Made by a program: the position numbers and the translations under genes. Shown in pieces: positions 53,064-63,365 of a stretch of 64,000 nt of DNA; position 1 is the stretch's first letter; the number at the start of each line of letters is the position of its first letter. The stretch is from Callorhinchus milii. Its lineage: Eukaryota. The stretch lies in the NCBI RefSeq assembly GCF_018977255.1, contig NW_024704743.1:89282001-89346000 (forward strand), written 5' to 3'. Below the pieces are notes generated by a model. That model was not told the DNA's origin. It did not search any database and worked only from the letters and a program-made list of their open reading frames with translations.

Positions 53064-53840
53064 ATAGGTGATAGAGTGGCCTCTACCTCCTGAAGCATTC
53101 AGAGATCGATTGGCTGTCATTTCAAGTGCAAGGCAGAGTTAAAGCTATTTTCTTTTATTATTTGTGTTTTGTCAAGTTTGGGCAAAGGTAATGCTTTCTC
53201 CTGGACCACAATGTAGTTGTTGCCTTTCGAATGGGCTACACTTCAAGCTGATGCATTAATTTGTTCTCTATAACCATAGATGAGCCTTAAAGGATCTAAA
53301 AAATATAGCCTGGTAGCCTGTTACAATGTGTTTACTCTCTACCGGCCGGCCGGTTCCTGCTCTAACAGGACCAATGTCACTTTCTGTTTGCTGCACATGC
53401 ACAAAGCAGGAAGTGATGTTGACTGTGACAATAACAACAACAAAATTACATTTATAGAGCCCTTTTCATGTTGGGAGGATGTCCCAAAGCGCTGACCTTA
53501 TGTGACCTTATGAAACAGAAGTTGGCCATTTTAGTGCAACAGACAGTTGGAATACAGGAAATGAGCAGGCCAGCTATTAGCATACGGAATTGAGAAGGTA
53601 ACGCTGCAACTGTGCTGTAACCAAATTTGTACTATGAAAGGGCTGACAATATATTTTATCGAGCCACGGTTTAGAAGCATTTTGATTCAGAAATGCTCTG
53701 CCTTATCGGTTAATAAAGGGGAACGACATTCAAGATTTCCCATTCAGCAGCAGTCAAGCTTGAGTTTCTGGAGGGGAGACTTATCTGCTGCACATCAGGT
53801 ATTTATACAAACAATTTAAGCCACAAAATTGGAGACAGTA

Positions 53841-53958
53841 CAGGGTGTCCAAAAAGTCATGATACCATTACAATGTCGAATAACTCTTAAAGAAATGATG
53901 ATATCTTTGGGTTTTTATTAGATAATAGGGTAATTATCATGATGTTTTGGTCACCCTG
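53841..53958. mobile_element. Tc1/mariner-like MITE (family A)
   Basis: 24 bp terminal inverted repeats (cagggtgtccaaaaagtcatgata / tatcatgatgttttggtcaccctg, 21/24) flanked by TA on both sides. Confidence 0.85.
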
Positions 53959-53963
53959 TACTT

Positions 53964-55404
53964 CACAGAATCATACAATTATACAGCACAGAAGGAGGCC
54001 ATTTGGTCCATCGTGTCTGTGCTGGCTCTATGAAAAGAGCTATCCAAATCAATCCCACTCCGCCACACTCTCCCCATAGCCCTGCAAACTTGTTCTCCCC
54101 AAATAATTATCTACTTCTTTTTTAAAAGTTGTTATTGAATCGGCTTCCACCACCCTTTCAGGCCATGCATTCCAAATCCGAACAACTCGTGTGTGAAAAA
54201 AATCCGCCTCACCTCCCCTCTGTTTCTTTTAAGAACTGTTTTAAATCGGTGTCCTCGGGTTACCGACCCACCCACCAATGGAAATTGTTTCTCCTTGTCC
54301 ACCCTATCAAATCCTCATAATTTTACAAACTTTTATTAAGTCTCCTCTTAATCTTCTTTGCTCCAAGTAGAATAATCCTAGCTTCTCAAGCCTCATAATT
54401 AACGCCTGTCATTTCTGGTACCATCCTGGTAAATCTCCTTTGCACCCTCTCCAATGCCTTGACATCCTAAAGTGTGGTGCCCAATACTGAACACAGTACT
54501 CTAACTGAGGCCTAACCAGTGTTTTATAAAGGTTCATCATAACTTCCTGACTTTTGTCTTCTGTACCCCAATTTATAAAGCATAGTAACCTGTATGTTTT
54601 TTTAACAGTTTTATCTACCTGTCCTGACACCTTAAAGATTTACTTATATGAACCCCCCAGGAAGATTGTACCATCAGCTTATATTGGAGTCCTGTAGCTC
54701 AGTGGTTAGAGCACTCGCTTTGCAAGCGAGAGTCCTGAGTTCAATTCCAGGCAGGGCGAAACCTTGGGCAAGTTTCCTTACTCCACACGCCTAATAATAA
54801 TCCCTCCAAAACCCAAAACAATAATAAATTGGTCATTTTCAATCTACGATGTTTGTGGGACATTGCTGTGCGCAATTGGCTGCCGCGTTCGCCCACAAAT
54901 ATACAGTCAATTCACTTTACAGTGTATTCTGTGAAGCACTTTGGGACGTCCTCCCGACGTGAAAAGCGCTATATCAAATGCAAGGATTATTATTATTATT
55001 ATTATATTGCCTCTCCTCAATCTTCCTCCCACAAAGCATTACTTCGCATTTCTCCGCATTAAACTTCATCTGCCACGTGTCTGCCCATTTTACCAGTCTG
55101 TCTATGTCCCCTTGCAGTCTGATACTATCCTCTTCACTGTTTATTACTCTTCCCAGCTTGGTATCATCTGTAAACCTGGAAATTGTACTCCCTATACCCA
55201 AGTCCAGGTCATTTATATAGATCAAAAAGAGCAGTGGTCCCAATACCGACCTCTGTACACCACTGCACATGGGTGACCTATCTACCTTGAGCACCGTCAA
55301 CCTTTTTAGTACCTCCTTTCTATTTATTTTTATTCTGTCCAATTTCTTTACCCTCTCCTCCGATACTATGGCGATGGCTGCATCACCTCCTTTTGTGAAG
55401 ACAA
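53964..55404 (-). mobile_element. CR1 LINE fragment with internal deletion and nested SINE
   Basis: Minus ORFs give LYKTLVRPQLEYCVQYWAP and [16 protein letters not shown]...FTDDTKLG...WQMKFNAEKCEV. Confidence 0.9.
54687..55001 (+). mobile_element. Full-length tRNA(Ala)-like SINE inserted in CR1 with an 8 bp target-site duplication
   Basis: Head (g)gagtcctgtagctcagtggttagagcactcgctttgcaagcgag; ttatattg occurs at 54679-54686 and 55002-55009. Confidence 0.92.
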
Positions 55405-55572
55405 AAGAGGACTTCTACTTGTGATAAGTAAATTTAGACTTGGTATAGGGGATTTTTTTATTTCTTTCTTACAGCTTTCAGAGTGAGTGAGATTTGCTTT
55501 CTAAAGTTTTTGTATTTCATACAAAGCAGAGACGATGTACAGGAGATTTAACGAGTGAAATTTTCATTGCAG

Positions 55573-55711
55573 GACCAATGGTTCTGGAGAGTTCGGAACA
55601 ACAGGGTGTTGGATAGTTACCCCATGCAGATCGCCTACTTCTGGAGGGGTTTGCCTTCAAACATTGACGCGGTTTATGAACGGCCTGATGGGAAATTTGT
55701 GTTCTTTAAAG
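55573..55711 (+). CDS. mmp16: MMP16 coding exon 7: hemopexin repeats
   Basis: ttttcattgcag|...|gtgagt boundaries, 139 nt. [46 protein letters not shown](G). Confidence 0.97.
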
Positions 55712-55789
55712 GTGAGTTACTGTCACTGAAGTTATTTGTATAATCCACAATGGCAAAAAGAAAACTGCTTTTAAAACTTTGCAAAGCCA

Positions 55790-55985
55790 TTTTCAGCTGT
55801 GTTGAAACCTATCACCATGCAGACCATACCAGACCTAAGTATTTATGTCATCCACACATGGAAATTTCATTGTTTGGAATGGAATTCGCACTCTCTTCCC
55901 AGAAGGATTCACCCTGTTTACTAATATCGGAGTACTATGCACAGGTTGGCAAGAACCAAAGCTTGAGCGACCCCAGAGTGTTCCT
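55790..55985. repeat. Family C repeat fragment
   Basis: cctatcaccatgc...cacacatggaaatttc...tggaatggaattcgcactctct...ggttggcaagaaccaaagctt. Confidence 0.7.
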
Positions 55986-55997
55986 CTAACTGTGATT

Positions 55998-58274
55998 TAC
56001 CACCTCCCCCAACAAGTTGATTAACCTAGTAAAACTCATCACCGACCCCTCTTCTGCTCTCACCCTCCTCCACAACACCCTCTCCTCCACACTTGACACT
56101 CTTGCCCCTATCACCTCCCGTACTGTCTCCTACTCTCGCTCCTCCCCCTGGTTCACCACCCACCTCCGCTCACTGAAGAGCCAGGTGTGGGCCGCTGAAC
56201 GCACCTGGGTCAAATCTGGCTTAACGGTCCACCGACATATCTGGCTGGACCTCCTCAAAATTTACCGCTCCACTCTAGCCTCGGCCAAATCGTCCTTCTT
56301 CTCCAGGATAATCCTGGAGGTGAAGGACAACCCCAGGCTACTGTTCTCTACCACATCCCAACTCCTCCGTCCCCCCCGCCACCCCGCGCAGGTCATCTCC
56401 TCCAACCTTCACTGCGAGGAGATGCTGGATTTCCTTGAATCCAAGATCAAGGGAATCCGCTCCGCCTCACTTCCCCTACAACATCCACCCACCACCCACC
56501 CCTTCCCTCCCACACTCCGACTCCTACCCATCCTCCTCTACACACCTTCGTACCCGTTTCCCCATCCTCTGTCACCAAACTCGTCCTCTCTCTGAAACCT
56601 ACCACCTGCTCCCTTGACCCCATCCCCACTCCACTCCTTATCTCCCAGCTCCACCTCCTTGCCCCACATATCACAGACATCGTCAACCTGTCCCTCTCCT
56701 CTGGCTCTATTCCCAATTCCCTTAAAAACTGCCACCATCACTCCCACCTTAAAAAAACTCTCCCTTGATGCGTCGCAGCTATCAAGCTACCGGCCCATCT
56801 CCAACCTCCCCTTCCTATCCAAGGTCCTGGAAAGAGTTGTCGCCTCCCAGCTGCGCTCTTTCCTCTCCAACCATTCACTATTCGAACCCCTTCAATCGGG
56901 TTTCCGTGCTGCCCATAGCACAGAAACTGCCCTGGTCAAGGTCACCAATGACATCCTGACCATCTGTGACCAGGGCTCCCTCTGCCTCCTCGTCCTCCTC
57001 GACCTATCGGCAGCATTCGATACGGTCGACCACACTATCCTCCTCCACCGCTTGTCCTCCCACCTCAACCTTCAAGGCCCTGTCCTTGAGTGGTTTAGGT
57101 CGTACCTCTCCCACCGTCTTCACTTTGTCTCCACAAATGGTTTTTCCTCCGGCCCCGCACTGTCTCGTGCGGTGTCCCTCAAGGCTCTGTCCTCGGTCCC
57201 CTCCTCTTCACCCTCTATATGCTCCCCCTTGGTGACATCATCCGCAGACATGGGGTTAACTTCCACATGTATGCGGATGACACCCAACTCTACCTTTCCT
57301 CCTCTACCCTCAACTCCACGACCACCGATGTCCTGACAGCTGCCTGTCCGACATCGAGTCCTGGACGAGAGATAACTTTCTCCAGCTCAACGTGCGCAAA
57401 ACTGAGGCCCTCCTGATTGGCTCGCGTCAGCGCCTCCGCACCTCAGGCGCTGACAACATCAGCATCCAAGGCTGCACTCTCCACCTCTCAAAGCCGGTCA
57501 GGAACCTCGGCGTTTTGTTCGACCCTGAGCTGTCCTTTCTCCCTCATATCCGCGCCACAACTGGCACCGCCTTCCATCACCTCCGGAATGTCGCCAGACT
57601 ACGGCACTACCTCACCCCTCACGCTGCTGAAACTCTGGTCCACGCCTTTATCACCTCAAGGCTGGACTATGGGAACTCTCTCCTCGCCGGCCTTCCCGCC
57701 ACCTCCCTCCACAAGCTGCAGGTCATTCAGAACTCTGCAGCTCGTGTACTGTCCCGCACCAGGCTTCGGGACCACATCACTCCCACCCTCGCTCGCCTCC
57801 ACTGGCTCCCCATCCCCCAGAGGATCGAATTCAAGATCCTCACCCTCACCTAGAGGCCATTCACGGCCTCGCTCCCTCCTACCTCTCCGACCTACTATCC
57901 CCCTACCTACCTGCCTGTACCTTCCATTCCTCTGGCTCCGGTCTGCTCCACATCCCCCGCCCCAACCGCCCTAGTATCGGTGGCCGGGCCTTCAGCCTCT
58001 CAGCCCCGAGGCTCTGGAACTCTATCCCCCAGTGCCTTCACCTTGCCTCCTCCCTTTCCTCCTTCAAGGCCGGTCTCAAGACCTTTCTCTTTGACCGTGC
58101 CTTCAGCTCCCCTCTCGACTCTCTACCCCCTCCTCGCTCTCTCCCTTCCCTCCCCTCACCCTGACCATTTCCCCCCTGCTCGGGTCCTGACCCAACTGTA
58201 CAGCGCCTTGGGACGTCCTCCCGACGTGAAAGGCGCTCAATAAATGGAATCTTGTTGTTGTTGTTGTTGTTGTT
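55998..58274 (+). mobile_element. Relatively young 5'-truncated L2 LINE (about 2.3 kb, ORF2 broken by a few frameshifts)
   Basis: Successive ORFs 56017-56595, 56614-57336, 57219-57416 and 57392-57853 carry [52 protein letters not shown] and LHWLP; 3' stem-loop and (ttg)n tail. Confidence 0.95.
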
Positions 58275-58582
58275 ATACACTGCCCAGAATCGCAAATGAA
58301 GAAGACCTCCTGAGGGTAGGCAATGCCCATGAAATGCAAAGAACCATTGCCTTCAGGAAAAGCAGGAAAGGGCATAAAATAAGAGGTAGAAAAGCAAACA
58401 AGGAAAGCAGGATCCAATGCCATGTCGCTGTTTGCATGTCAGAAATGGTTAAGTCATGTGGTGTGCACTGAAGTGTGCATTAGCGCTATGTAGTAGTGCC
58501 AATGCCTGCGGATAACTTACTGGAGCTGGAAGGATTCTGGCATGTGATTGCCTACTGCCAGCCTTCATACAAATCTGTAGAA

Positions 58583-60387
58583 CTTCAAGATTAGAGGACA
58601 CTGAAAACTTACCGAAAATATAGGGGAACCTGGAGGCTAATATTAGTGAGGAATTTAAATGAACATCAGTAAAGAAATAGTACTAGAGAAATTGATAGGA
58701 TTAAAAAATGATAAATTCCCTGGACCTGGTGGCCTGCATCCTAAGGTTTTAAAAGAGGTGGCTGCAGCGATAGTGGGTGCTTCGTTTTTGATCTTCCAAA
58801 ATTCTCTGGATTCTGGAATGGTTCCATTGATTGGAAGGTCGCAAACGTAACGCTGATACTTAAGAAGGGTGGGAAACAAAAAATGGGGATCTATAGACCA
58901 GATAGTCTGACATCGGTGGTAGGGAAAATTCTAGAGTACTTAACTAGGGACGCTGTTGTGGGGCACTTAGAAAATCATAACATGATTAGGCAGAGTCAAC
59001 ATGGCTTTACGAAAGGGAAATCATGTTTAACAAATCTTAAAGAGTTTTTTGAGGATGTAACTAGCAGGTTAGATGAGGAGAACCAGTAGATGTGGTGTAA
59101 ATTGGATTTCCAGAAGGCATTCGACAAGGTGCCACATAAAAGGCTGTTGCATAAGATTAGAGCCCATGGAATTAAAGGTAATATATTGCATGGATTGGAG
59201 AGTGGCTAACAGAAAGAAAACAGATAGTAGGGATAAACGGATCCTTCTCAGATTGGCAGGATGTGACTAGTGGTGTGCCAAAAGGATCAGTGCTTGGGCC
59301 TCAATTATTTACAGTCTAAATCAATGATTTAGATGAGGAAATAGAACTTAACATATCTAGATTCGCGGACAATACGAAGATAGGTGGGAGAGTAAGCTGT
59401 GAGGATGACACATGAAGAATGCAAAGGGAAATAGACAGGCTAGGTGAGTGGGCAAGAAGGTAGCAGATGGAGTATAATGTGGGAAAGTGTAAAGTTATTC
59501 ACTTAGGTAGTAAAAATAGAAAAGCGGATTATTTTCTAGAGGGGAGAGACTAGGTAGTGTTAGTGTTCAGAGGGATTTGGGTCCTTGTACACCAGTCATA
59601 AAAAGTTAGTATGCAGGTACAGCAAGCAACTAGAAAGGTTAATGCCATGTTGGTGTTCGTTGCAAAAGAGATGGAGTACAAGAGTAGGGAAGTCTTGTTG
59701 CAGTTGTATAAGGCCTTGGTGAGACCACACTTAGAATATTGTGTGCAGTTTTGGTCTCCTTATTTAAAAAAAGGACATACTCGGCTTAGAAGGGGTGCAG
59801 CGTAGATTCACTAGCTTGGTTCCTGGGATGAGTGGGTTGATCTATGAGGATAGGTTGAGTAAACTAGACCTATATTCTCTAGAATATAGAAGAATTAGAG
59901 GTATCTTACAGAAACATACAAGATTCTTATGGGTCTTGACAGGGTAGATGCCATGAGACTGTTTCCCCTGGTTGGAGAATCTAAAGCTAGGGGTATGAGA
60001 ATAAGCTGTGAGGATGACACACGAAGAATGCAAAGGGAAATAGACAGGCTAGGTGAGTGGGCAAGAAGGTGGCAGATGGAGTACAATGTGGGAAAGTGTC
60101 TCAAGAGTACGGGTCAACCTTTTCGAACTGAGTTGAGGAAACATTTCTTCACTCAGAGGGTAGTGAATTTGTGGAATTCTCTACCCCAGAAGGCTATGGA
60201 TGCTCAGTCCTTGAACGTATTCAAGACTCAGGTTGATAGATTTCTAAAGGATAGAGGGATAAAGGGATATGGGGATAGGGGCGGGTAAAAGGAATTAGAT
60301 TAGAAGATCAGCCATGATTTTATTAAATGGCGGTTCAGGCTCCAGGGGCCGAATGGCCCTGTCCTGCTCCTACGTCTTATGGTCTTA
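58583..60387 (+). mobile_element. 5'-truncated CR1 LINE with stops and an internal 108 bp duplication
   Basis: YRP.SLTSVVGKILE, SQHGFTKGKSCLTNL, LVRPHLEYCVQFWSP and FFTQRVVNLWNSLP; 3' UTR resembles 16860-16942. Confidence 0.94.
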
Positions 60388-61624
60388 AGATTGCCAGCAG
60401 CAACTAGCCCACAGCAATGTGACCGCAAATCAATGATATTCATAAAAAGAAATCTGGAGTTGGTCTATTTTTAGTGAAGGATTGATTAATAAGCTTTTGT
60501 TACAAATATTACAACAGAAGATAAACAAGAGTGAAAAGTACCCTTGATGAAAAATAATTTGCATTTTAGCAACGGTTTGCTTACAACTGAAATTTTCTTG
60601 AAGTAAATTTGCATATATATAGATTTGACTCCACGAGCATCCGATAATCAAATTTGCTTCTGAAAGAGTTTACATTTTATCATGCGAGGCTTCATCAATC
60701 GAGGTTGGCAGTCATTCTCTACATTCATCAGTCAAGCAATTTCATAACTATTTTGGCTTGGGGTAAATCTGCAGGTCTTTCTGGGCCATTTGATATTGCT
60801 GTTTACATATACTGAAGAGCTGGATCCATATGGCCTGTTACAAAGTTCCAGGTCAGCTTATTATGAATTTATTTGTCCATTCTGCTCAGTAAAATAGGAA
60901 ACCACTTGGAGCTAAAAATCAGCTGCTAGAAAGCACTCCAGTGTTGTGAAAATGAAAGAGTTTTGAAACACACTGCACCATTTGCACGTCCCCCCACCAC
61001 CATCTCTCTTCCACAAAGTAAAGGAAATGGCTGGCCGTCCAATGTGACAAATCCGCCTGAGTGAGCATGAGAAAGATCAGGTCCAATGACAGGAAATTCC
61101 TAGTGGAACTGCTAATCATGATTTTTCACACAATTGTCTGCTGCTGATGCCTGGGAAAAAAAGTATCCAGCTCAGCTACTCTTGAGATCTTCCCACAGCT
61201 GAGGCTGCTTTAGTCAGACCACTGAGGTCTCTGGTGAGTTACAATAAAGCTGACAGACACTGGAGTATTGTTTAACCTCAGCACTGTACTATTTTTGGCT
61301 CTGAGGTAAGAGTAAATAGAAAGAATGGTGTGGAGCAGTAGGCTGTGTTGGAGACTCGGTGGGTGGGCGGGCAGGTGGCAGCCAGACGACTGACCCGAGC
61401 TGTTGGAAAGTACTCCAATGTTGTGAGAGTGAGAGTTTGAAACACATTGCAGCTTCTGAAACAGAGTTCATCCAGAAATCAGCAGCTGAGCCAAGGTCTC
61501 CTGAGTCTGTGTGGCATAGATGGGGTTTCCTCCAGGAGATATATTTTACAATCTGAGGCTCTCCTTTCAGCATCGAGTCACCATTTACATTCCTGATGAG
61601 CTCTCCTTAACCCTAAAGCCATTT

Positions 61625-61970
61625 AACAACAACAAATTACATTTTTGTAGTGCTTTTCATGTCTGGAGGAATGACATGAAATGACATGACATTGCAATGT
61701 GTTTCAAACTCTTTTATTATTATTATTATTATTACAAAGCATTGGACAGTCATGGATGTGCACCTGAGCTGGAGGTTGGGATCAGGAGGGCTGGAGGATA
61801 GAGAGGATGGGGGTGGGAAAGGATGGTGACCAAAGGTGTGGTCGAAAAGGAAGGTCTTGATTCAAGCCTTCAAGGAGGCAAGGGAGTGGGCAAGTCAAAG
61901 GACTGGATAGACTTCCAAAGAGTGGGAGCATAAAGGCTGAAGGCCCGAACACTGATGGTAGGGCAGGCAG
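61625..61970 (-). mobile_element. Degenerate L2 3' fragments
   Basis: aacaacaacaaattacattt tail and ggtgaccaaaggtgtggtcgaaaaggaaggtcttga, similar to 63366-63600. Confidence 0.65.
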
Positions 61971-62419
61971 GGCAGGGCAGGGGAGCTTCACGTGCATTAC
62001 GTGGACATTACGTGGAGCAGGCCAGAGTCCGCCAAGCAGAGGGAGCTTCATGTGCATTACAGTAGATAATGAACAACAACTTGAAATTTATATAGCACCC
62101 TTCATGCTGAACAGTGTCTCGGAATAGCAAACAAACCCAATTCAACTATAGCAAAGCTGTAAACTGTAGCAAAGCATGTAAAATAAAATGTTAATCTGCA
62201 CCTTCATAGTTTTCTGTAAGATTACTGTACTTCATTCTGATGCATTTTCAGATCGATTATCTTTCAGCTTGATGTGTGGTTTTCTCAGTACACATTTTTC
62301 TTGGTGTTCTTGCCTTCAGGAGAGACTTACACCCAGATCCTCGGTCTGTCTTTCTCTTTCAGATGCTGGTCAACCTGCTTTACATTTACATCAGTTTCTG
62401 ATTCTATAGCATTTGTAGA

Positions 62420-62560
62420 CAGTACTTAGACCAGTATGAGGGTGATGCTCCAGTGTGGAGTTGGGGAGAGTGCTGCATCGTCGGAGATGCTGACCGCCAG
62501 ATGAGTCGTTAAACCGAGGTTTCGTCTGCCTGCTGAGGTAGACGCTAAAGATCCCATATA
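62420..62560 (+). mobile_element. DeuSINE core fragment
   Basis: gttaaaccgaggtttcgtctgcctgctgaggtagacgctaaagatccca. Confidence 0.7.
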
Positions 62561-63115
62561 TTGGTTTCATTCCCACCCAGCCTTCCAAAGTTGGAGCTCG
62601 AAATATTTCATTGCAGTTTAGAAAATAGGTTTGAAGACCTGCTGTGAGTCCTGCAGTTTTTTTCTCTCTCGCTATCTATAATAGCTGTACAGGGACTGAC
62701 TGGTATTTACAACCTTTACTTAAGTAAAACTCACACAAAGTAACAGATGTTGGTAATGCAGTATGAAGTGCAGTACTGAACTTCAGCAAAACAATACAAC
62801 TCACTGAAAGCTCTCCAGTGCATACGGATTACCTGAGCTTGGAAAGGCCACCTGAGCCCCAGCGACTCTACAACCACTATATAAATCACAATAGAACCCT
62901 TTGCAGCAAAGAGAAGGTGGATCTACAGGATTAGTAACAGTCAGTACATGGGATTTTGCTATTCAGCAGAAATTATCCGGAATTGTGATTATTTCCCGCA
63001 GGCACCAAAATTAATTATTTTTCTGGACTCTAAGATTTAGTTATCCCCATGGAATAGATAGGGATTTGTGGTGTATTCTTTCACTCAGTGAATGTTCTAA
63101 ATTGCTGTCTTATAG

Positions 63116-63266
63116 GTAGTAAGTACTGGGTATTTAAAGAAGCTACCCTAGAACTTGGCTACCCTCAAAACGTGGTTGAACTGGGAAGTGGAGTACCTTC
63201 ACAAGGTATTGATACAGCCGTGTGGTGGGAACATGTTGGTAAAACCTACTTCTTCAAAGGAGACAG
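63116..63266 (+). CDS. mmp16: MMP16 coding exon 8: hemopexin repeats
   Basis: ctgtcttatag|...|gttagt boundaries, 151 nt. (G)SKYWVFKEATLELGYPQNVVELGSGVPSQGIDTAVWWEHVGKTYFFKGD(R). Confidence 0.96.
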
Positions 63267-63365
63267 GTTAGTCCTTCTTCCCATGGAATGTGTGTTATAA
63301 TTCAGTGATAATTGCTCTCCTCTCTCTTGGCCTAGATGGCTAGGGATATCTGTGAGCATCCTTTA

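Noticed and set aside
54686..54760. tRNA-Ala(TGC)-like sequence (also at 13940-14010 and 31540-31614)
   Set aside because: The acceptor stem does not close properly and the sequence runs into a SINE body and tail, with a target-site duplication at this copy. It is a SINE head, not a tRNA gene.
56017..57974. Reverse transcriptase ORFs as a novel retro-system or active element
   Set aside because: Ordinary 5'-truncated L2 ORF2 with frameshifts and no endonuclease domain or ORF1.
61592..61620. ctgatgag as a hammerhead ribozyme core
   Set aside because: No stem II followed by GAAA; other ctgatga sites I inspected also lacked it. This was a visual check, not an exhaustive search.
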